Part shown: positions 59,771 to 64,000 of the stretch, one piece after another
How positions within the stretch are numbered: position 1 is the stretch's first letter
Layout of the letters: each line of letters opens with the position of its first letter
Assembly (NCBI GenBank): GCA_002426015.1
Contig: DINS01000021.1
Span: forward strand, 38,513 to 102,512
DNA: 64,000 bases
Source: Flavobacteriaceae bacterium UBA5534
GTDB lineage: Bacteria; Bacteroidota; Bacteroidia; Flavobacteriales; Flavobacteriaceae
Direction: 5' to 3'
Translations under genes and position numbers: made by a program
Notes under the pieces: generated by a model
Told to the model about the DNA's origin: nothing
Seen by the model: only the letters and a program-made list of their open reading frames with translations
The model's database searches: none

Positions 59771-60802
59771 TTAGGACATTTCACCACGTAAAGCTGTTTC
59801 AAATATGGTTTTGAAGGTTTTATGTGAAATCTTTTCGCCCAATAAATACATTAATTTAGTAATTGCAGCTTCTGTTGTGATGTCTTTTCCTGAAATTACT
59901 CCTATTTTTTTGAGCTGTGAACTTGTTTCATACTGTCCCATATTAACACTTCCACCCGAACATTGAGTGACATTAATAATAGGTATGCCTTTTTTTATGG
60001 TGCTTTCCAACAGCTGAATAAACCAATCTTCTGTTGTGGTGTTGCCAGCTCCATAAGTTTCTAAAATAATCCCTTTAATATCTGGAGAACTGAACAAACA
60101 GCTCAAAACCGATTGCGAAATACCTGGAAATAGCTTGACCAAAGCAATGTTGGTGTTAAATGTTTTTCTCACTACTAACTTCTTTCTTGTGTTGGGTTTG
60201 AACAGGTTTTCGTGATATACCTTTAAGTGCACTCCAGATTCTGATAGATGCGGATAGTTTAGGGACTCAAATGCTTCAAAATGCTCGGCATTTATTTTAG
60301 TGGTTCGGTTGCCTCTATACAGTTTGTACTCAAAATAAAGGCCCACCTCTTTAATCACTGGCTTACCATTGTGCTGCAATGATGCCATCTGTATGGAAGT
60401 TATCAGATTCTCTTTAGCGTCAGTCCTCAAATCTCCAATTGGCAATTGTGATCCGGTAAAAATGACTGGCTTTGCCAAATTTTCGAGCATGAAACTCAAT
60501 GCAGATGCCGAATAACTCATCGTATCACTACCATGCAACACCACAAAACCGTCAAAATCATCATAATTGCCCTCAATTATTTTGGCTATTTGAGCCCAAT
60601 AGGTAGGATTCATATTGGATGAGTCTATTGGCTCCTCAAATGAGAGGGTCTTTATATTGCAATCCAATAATTTCAATTCTGGTATTTTCTTTAACAGGTT
60701 ACTAAAATCGAAAGCTTTCAACACTCCAGAATTTGGATCTTTAATCATCCCAATAGTACCTCCTGTATAAATAAGTAAGATGTTAGGTTGTTGGCTTTTC
60801 AT
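59771..60802 (-). CDS. ansA: type I (cytoplasmic) L-asparaginase
   Basis: 343 aa with the active-site motif IYTGGTIGM and HGSDTM. Confidence 0.88.
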   Translation of the reverse strand: MKSQQPNILLIYTGGTIGMIKDPNSGVLKAFDFSNLLKKIPELKLLDCNIKTLSFEEPIDSSNMNPTYWAQIAKIIEGNYDDFDGFVVLHGSDTMSYSASALSFMLENLAKPVIFTGSQLPIGDLRTDAKENLITSIQMASLQHNGKPVIKEVGLYFEYKLYRGNRTTKINAEHFEAFESLNYPHLSESGVHLKVYHENLFKPNTRKKLVVRKTFNTNIALVKLFPGISQSVLSCLFSSPDIKGIILETYGAGNTTTEDWFIQLLESTIKKGIPIINVTQCSGGSVNMGQYETSSQLKKIGVISGKDITTEAAITKLMYLLGEKISHKTFKTIFETALRGEMS

Positions 60803-60805
60803 TTG

Positions 60806-61573
60806 TTAAATATTAAAAATTGATCTTGAATTTTGAGTAGTAATTTCGGCAATTTTTTCTTGGGGCAAACCATAAAGTTCAGATAGTTTTTCCAGTACCT
60901 TTATTATATAAACGCTTTCGTTACGTTTTCCTCTATATGGCTTTGGAGCCAAATATGGCGAATCGGTTTCCAATACAATGTGTTGTAAATCTATTTGATT
61001 GATGAATTGATCTATTTGTCCGTTTTTGAACGTTACAACACCTCCAATACCCAATTTCATGTTATAGGAAATTGCTCGTTTAGCTTGCTCCAGATTTCCT
61101 GTAAAACAATGAAAAATACCGAATAGGTCATCACTCTTTTCGGTTTCCAAAACTTCAAAAATTTCATCAAACGCATCTCTACAGTGAATGACTATCGGCA
61201 ATTGGTGGTGCTTTGCCAATCGTATTTGGTGTCTAAAGGCTTCCCGTTGTATCTGCAATGTGCTTTTATCCCAATATAAATCGATACCAATCTCGCCAAC
61301 TGCATAAAATTTTCGCTTTGTGAGCATTTCCTCAACATGCTCCAATTCGTCTTTATAGTTTTCTTTCACATGAGTAGGATGCAATCCCATCATCAAAAAA
61401 ATATGGTCTGGAAAATCGGCTTCCAATTGAAGCATCGATTTGGTATAAGTTGAATCGATAGCAGGAATAAAAAAACGTGTCACATTTTGTTCGATGGCAC
61501 GATGGATCATTGCGTGTCTATCTTCATCAAATGCTTCACTATATAAATGGGTATGTGTGTCGGTTATGATCAT
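60806..61573 (-). CDS. tatD: TatD family metal-dependent hydrolase
   Basis: 255 aa. N-terminal DTHTHL and later ETDSPYL. Confidence 0.9.
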   Translation of the reverse strand: MIITDTHTHLYSEAFDEDRHAMIHRAIEQNVTRFFIPAIDSTYTKSMLQLEADFPDHIFLMMGLHPTHVKENYKDELEHVEEMLTKRKFYAVGEIGIDLYWDKSTLQIQREAFRHQIRLAKHHQLPIVIHCRDAFDEIFEVLETEKSDDLFGIFHCFTGNLEQAKRAISYNMKLGIGGVVTFKNGQIDQFINQIDLQHIVLETDSPYLAPKPYRGKRNESVYIIKVLEKLSELYGLPQEKIAEITTQNSRSIFNI

Positions 61574-61600
61574 AAAGCAAAAATATATGTTTTACATCAT

Positions 61601-61608
61601 TATCTTTG
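61601..61608 (+). promoter_or_regulatory. -7 box TATCTTTG upstream of the retropepsin-like gene
   Basis: Perfect TAnnTTTG 17 nt before the ATG at 61626. Confidence 0.4.
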
Positions 61609-61625
61609 TATGAAATTAGTAAGAT

Positions 61626-62066
61626 ATGGAACTGTTACAGGAATTTCTTCTTAATAAAGGATATACTAAAGTTAAATTAAAACTCACAAAAACAAATCAT
61701 TTTGAAATAAAGGCCACCATCAATGGCGTAAAAGGTTTATTTATTCTGGATACTGGTGCCTCCAGTAGCTGTGTGGGTTTTGAAGCTATTGAAACCTTTA
61801 AGCTCAATGCCAAAGACAGCGAAGTTAAAGCCGCTGGTGCTGGCGCTATTGACATGCTGACTCAAATTTCAAAGAAAAACACCTTAAAGATAGGAAAGTG
61901 GAAACAGAAAAAAGTCGCATTGATTTTATTCAATTTAACGCATGTCAATACAGCATTGATAAATCATAAAGCAAAACCTGTCGATGGCATCATCGGTGCA
62001 GATATTTTGAAGAAATCCAAAGCCATCATTGATTATAACAAAAAGTATTTATACCTTAAATTGTAG
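61626..62066 (+). CDS. retropepsin-like (clan AA) aspartic protease, single domain
   Basis: 146 aa. Catalytic motif ILDTGASSS and a later GIIGADIL flap/dimer motif. No signal peptide. Confidence 0.7.
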   Translation: MELLQEFLLNKGYTKVKLKLTKTNHFEIKATINGVKGLFILDTGASSSCVGFEAIETFKLNAKDSEVKAAGAGAIDMLTQISKKNTLKIGKWKQKKVALILFNLTHVNTALINHKAKPVDGIIGADILKKSKAIIDYNKKYLYLKL

Positions 62067-62133
62067 TATAATTCTTTATAAGTAATTAAAATGTACTTAT
62101 ATTTATAATCTAAATCCCTCTTATTAATAGCAA

Positions 62134-62757
62134 ATGAACGCATCTATCATTATAGCTGATGATCATCCTCTTATACTTAAAGGACTGAATGACTTTTTGT
62201 TAGAAAAACAATATACTATTTTGGCATGCGCCAAAAATGGTAAGGAAGCTTTCGAGTTTATTGAAGAGCATTCGCCCGACATCGCTATTTTAGATATACA
62301 AATGCCTTTTTTGACTGGATTGCAAATTGCACAAAAATGTCAAGAACTGAAATTAGAGACAAAAATCATCCTCATCACTTTTGAAAAAGATGAAACTATC
62401 TATAACCAAGCAAAGAAATTGGGTGTTTATGGCTATATCCTTAAAGAGTTTGCGCTTGAAGAAATAGAAAACTGCATTGCATCAGTAATGAAAAACAAAG
62501 CCTATTTTAGTCCAGAGCTGTTAACTTATCTTGAAATTGAGGAAGTCCCGGAAGAATTGGAATTACTGACGCCAACTGAAAAAGAAGTTCTAAAGCTTAT
62601 TGCCCAAAATAAAACTGCAAAAGAGATTGGAAACATCTTATTTGCTTCATATAGAACTATTGAAAAGCACAAGCAGCATATCATTGATAAGCTGGATTTA
62701 GAGTCAAAAGGAGGTAGCTTGATCTTATTTGCTAAAGAAAACGAATCTTTTTTATAA
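62134..62757 (+). CDS. response regulator, NarL/FixJ (LuxR-type HTH) family
   Basis: 207 aa. Receiver residues DD (9-10) and ILDIQMP (Asp54). C-terminal LuxR HTH (LTPTEKEVLKLIAQNKTAKEIGNILFASYRTIEKHK). No histidine kinase gene adjacent. Confidence 0.85.
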   Translation: MNASIIIADDHPLILKGLNDFLLEKQYTILACAKNGKEAFEFIEEHSPDIAILDIQMPFLTGLQIAQKCQELKLETKIILITFEKDETIYNQAKKLGVYGYILKEFALEEIENCIASVMKNKAYFSPELLTYLEIEEVPEELELLTPTEKEVLKLIAQNKTAKEIGNILFASYRTIEKHKQHIIDKLDLESKGGSLILFAKENESFL

Positions 62758-62760
62758 AAA

Positions 62761-62780
62761 AATACGTAGTTCTACGTATT
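62761..62780. promoter_or_regulatory. perfect 9-2-9 palindrome AATACGTAGttCTACGTATT (candidate operator), copy 1
   Basis: Read directly. Contains two TACGTA hexamers 10 bp apart centre to centre. Begins 4 nt after the response regulator stop codon. Confidence 0.6.
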
Positions 62781-62850
62781 GTTTGGTGTTTACTTATTCA
62801 CGATATTTACAGTGCTATTAATTCTTAGGGAGAATTATTTTTACTTAAAA

Positions 62851-62882
62851 GCTCTGGATTGTCATTGATTCAGGGCTTTTTT
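62851..62882 (+). terminator. intrinsic terminator of module 1
   Basis: GCTCTGGATTgtcattGATTCAGGGC followed by tttttt. Confidence 0.65.
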
Positions 62883-62950
62883 GATTTTTTTACTTATATT
62901 TTAAAAAATAGATGGCTGTATATCAATAAATTAAGAAGCGTGTTGTGAAA

Positions 62951-62970
62951 AATACGTAGTTCTACGTATT
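62951..62970. promoter_or_regulatory. identical palindrome, copy 2
   Basis: Identical 20-mer. Confidence 0.6.
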
Positions 62971-63038
62971 GTTTGGTATTTGTTTATTGTCGAAATTTAC
63001 ATTGCTATTAATTAGTTAAGTAAAGGGAGATTAATGAG

Positions 63039-63069
63039 AGCTCTGGATTGTCATTGATTCAGAGCTTTT
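63039..63069 (+). terminator. terminator-like hairpin of module 2
   Basis: AGCTCTGGATTgtcattGATTCAGAGCT followed by ttt. Confidence 0.5.
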
Positions 63070-63105
63070 AATTAAAATTTTCCGTGGTTCCCAAATCCCA
63101 GCAAT

Positions 63106-63216
63106 ATGAAACAAATGAAAAATCAATTTCATCAAGAAAACAGACTTTTAATTATAGGGTTAATTGTCAGTGTCATCTTAATAATAACCGCAAATATTCT
63201 TGTTAATTTTTTTTAG
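63106..63216 (+). CDS. candidate small hydrophobic peptide (36 aa)
   Basis: Below the ORF-track size cut-off. My translation is MKQMKNQFHQENRLLIIGLIVSVILIITANILVNFF*, a polar head plus one TM-length helix. It lies between module 2 and a strong terminator. Confidence 0.35.
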   Translation: MKQMKNQFHQENRLLIIGLIVSVILIITANILVNFF

Positions 63217-63240
63217 TTATTAGTTAGTTATATTATCAAG

Positions 63241-63275
63241 AAAAAAGGGCAACTTAATTATAAGTTGCCCTTTTT
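63241..63275. terminator. bidirectional intrinsic terminator (small ORF and sucB)
   Basis: aaaaaaGGGCAACTTaattatAAGTTGCCCttttt. Confidence 0.8.
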
Positions 63276-63300
63276 ATTTTTAATACAGCTTTTCAATAAA

Positions 63301-64000
63301 CTATAACTCTAATGCTTTCTTAACATCACTATTCATTAATAACTCTGTCGGATTTTCCAATGCTTCTTTAACAGCAACTAAAAACCCAACACTTTCTTTT
63401 CCATCAATGATTCTATGATCGTAGGATAAAGCCACATACATAATTGGTCGTATTTCAACTTTGCCATTGACAGCAACAGGGCGTTCAACAATATTATGCA
63501 TTCCTAAAATACCACTTTGTGGTGGATTGATGATAGGTGTCGATAACATACTTCCAAACACACCACCATTGGAAATAGTAAAGGTTCCTCCTGTCATTTC
63601 ATCAACAGTTATTTGTCCATCACGTGCTCTGATTGCTAAACGTTTGACCTCATTTTCAACACCTCTGAAAGATAAATTTTCGGCATTTCTGATAACTGGC
63701 ACCATTAATCCTTTTGGTCCTGAAACTGCAATACTGATATCACAAAAATCGTAACTGATCATTTCCTGTCCATCAATCATTGAGTTAACTGCAGGGTACA
63801 TTTTTAATGCTCTAACCACAGCCAAAGTAAAAAAGCTCATAAACCCTAGACCAACACCATGTTTGTTTTTGAAGGTTTCTTTGTGCTCATCACGCAATGC
63901 AAAAATTGGAGACATATCAACTTCATTAAAAGTCGTCAACATGGCTGTTGTATTCTTTGCTTCGACTAAACGCTCTGCAACCTTGCGACGCAACATTGAC
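63301..64000 (-). CDS. sucB: 2-oxoglutarate dehydrogenase E2 (dihydrolipoyllysine succinyltransferase), C-terminal catalytic domain; 5' end lies outside the window
   Basis: Catalytic motif [10 protein letters not shown] and [15 protein letters not shown]. The reading frame stays open to position 64000. Confidence 0.88.
   Translation of the reverse strand, partial: SMLRRKVAERLVEAKNTTAMLTTFNEVDMSPIFALRDEHKETFKNKHGVGLGFMSFFTLAVVRALKMYPAVNSMIDGQEMISYDFCDISIAVSGPKGLMVPVIRNAENLSFRGVENEVKRLAIRARDGQITVDEMTGGTFTISNGGVFGSMLSTPIINPPQSGILGMHNIVERPVAVNGKVEIRPIMYVALSYDHRIIDGKESVGFLVAVKEALENPTELLMNSDVKKALEL

Larger units (their letters stand above)
62758..62886 (+). repeat. copy 1 of a tandem module: 20-bp palindrome, conserved block of about 45 nt, variable segment of about 26 nt, terminator hairpin
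   Basis: 62758-62823 matches 62948-63013 with 7 mismatches, and the hairpin at 62851-62880 matches 63040-63069 with 1 mismatch. Copy 2 is offset by 190 nt. Confidence 0.8.
62948..63075 (+). repeat. copy 2 of the same module
   Basis: See copy 1. The hairpin at 63039-63066 is followed by only 4 T, so it is a weaker terminator. Confidence 0.8.

Noticed and set aside
62812-63057. Tiny ORFs inside the repeat modules (an 18-codon GTG ORF in copy 1 and MRALDCH in copy 2) that share the C-terminal ALDCH.
   Set aside because: The shared residues are encoded by the conserved hairpin arm, so conservation is explained at the RNA level. The upstream parts differ and copy 1 lacks an ATG. I kept this only as a speculative attenuation idea within the small-ORF finding.
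1-64000. Looked for CRISPR arrays, rRNA genes, transposases, integrases, phage genes and known defence-system domains.
   Set aside because: There are no regularly spaced direct repeats with unique spacers. No ORF has transposase, integrase, nuclease-helicase or other defence signatures. All large ORFs are accounted for by housekeeping or metabolic families, or by the unknowns listed in the findings.

Overview
This window looks like a low-GC chromosomal core region of a Flavobacteriia-type (Bacteroidota) genome. That assignment is an inference from gene content and from several matches to the Bacteroidetes promoter consensus (-33 TTTG, -7 TAnnTTTG).

Gene content in map order:
- A respiratory block on the minus strand: alternative complex III actABCDEF followed by cytochrome c oxidase subunits II and I.
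- The rimP-nusA-infB operon, a tandem universal stress protein gene and tRNA-Gln.
- A large DUF2723 membrane protein.
- A GH92 mannosidase, an MFS transporter and a glycosylasparaginase, which together look like a glycopeptide-use cluster.
- An aldehyde dehydrogenase.
- A cyanophycin island (cphA, cphB, iaaA) with two unknown membrane proteins inside it.
- polA, rplM-rpsI, rpsB-tsf, pyrH-frr, an MMPL/RND transporter, asnS and rpoN.
- An exbB-exbD-exbD cluster, tRNA-Ser, tatD-ansA and the 3' part of sucB.

I found no rRNA, CRISPR array, transposase or integrase.

The two best candidates for undescribed biology are:
1. 38.9-44.1 kb: a co-directional trio of a 7TMR-DISM sensor adenylate cyclase, a 584-aa protein with no family I can recognise, and a long PsiD/PSDC-type pyruvoyl decarboxylase.
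2. 62.1-63.2 kb: an orphan LuxR-type response regulator followed by two tandem modules (20-bp palindrome, conserved block, terminator hairpin) and an untracked 36-aa hydrophobic ORF.

All family assignments come from reading motifs by eye. No database search was run.
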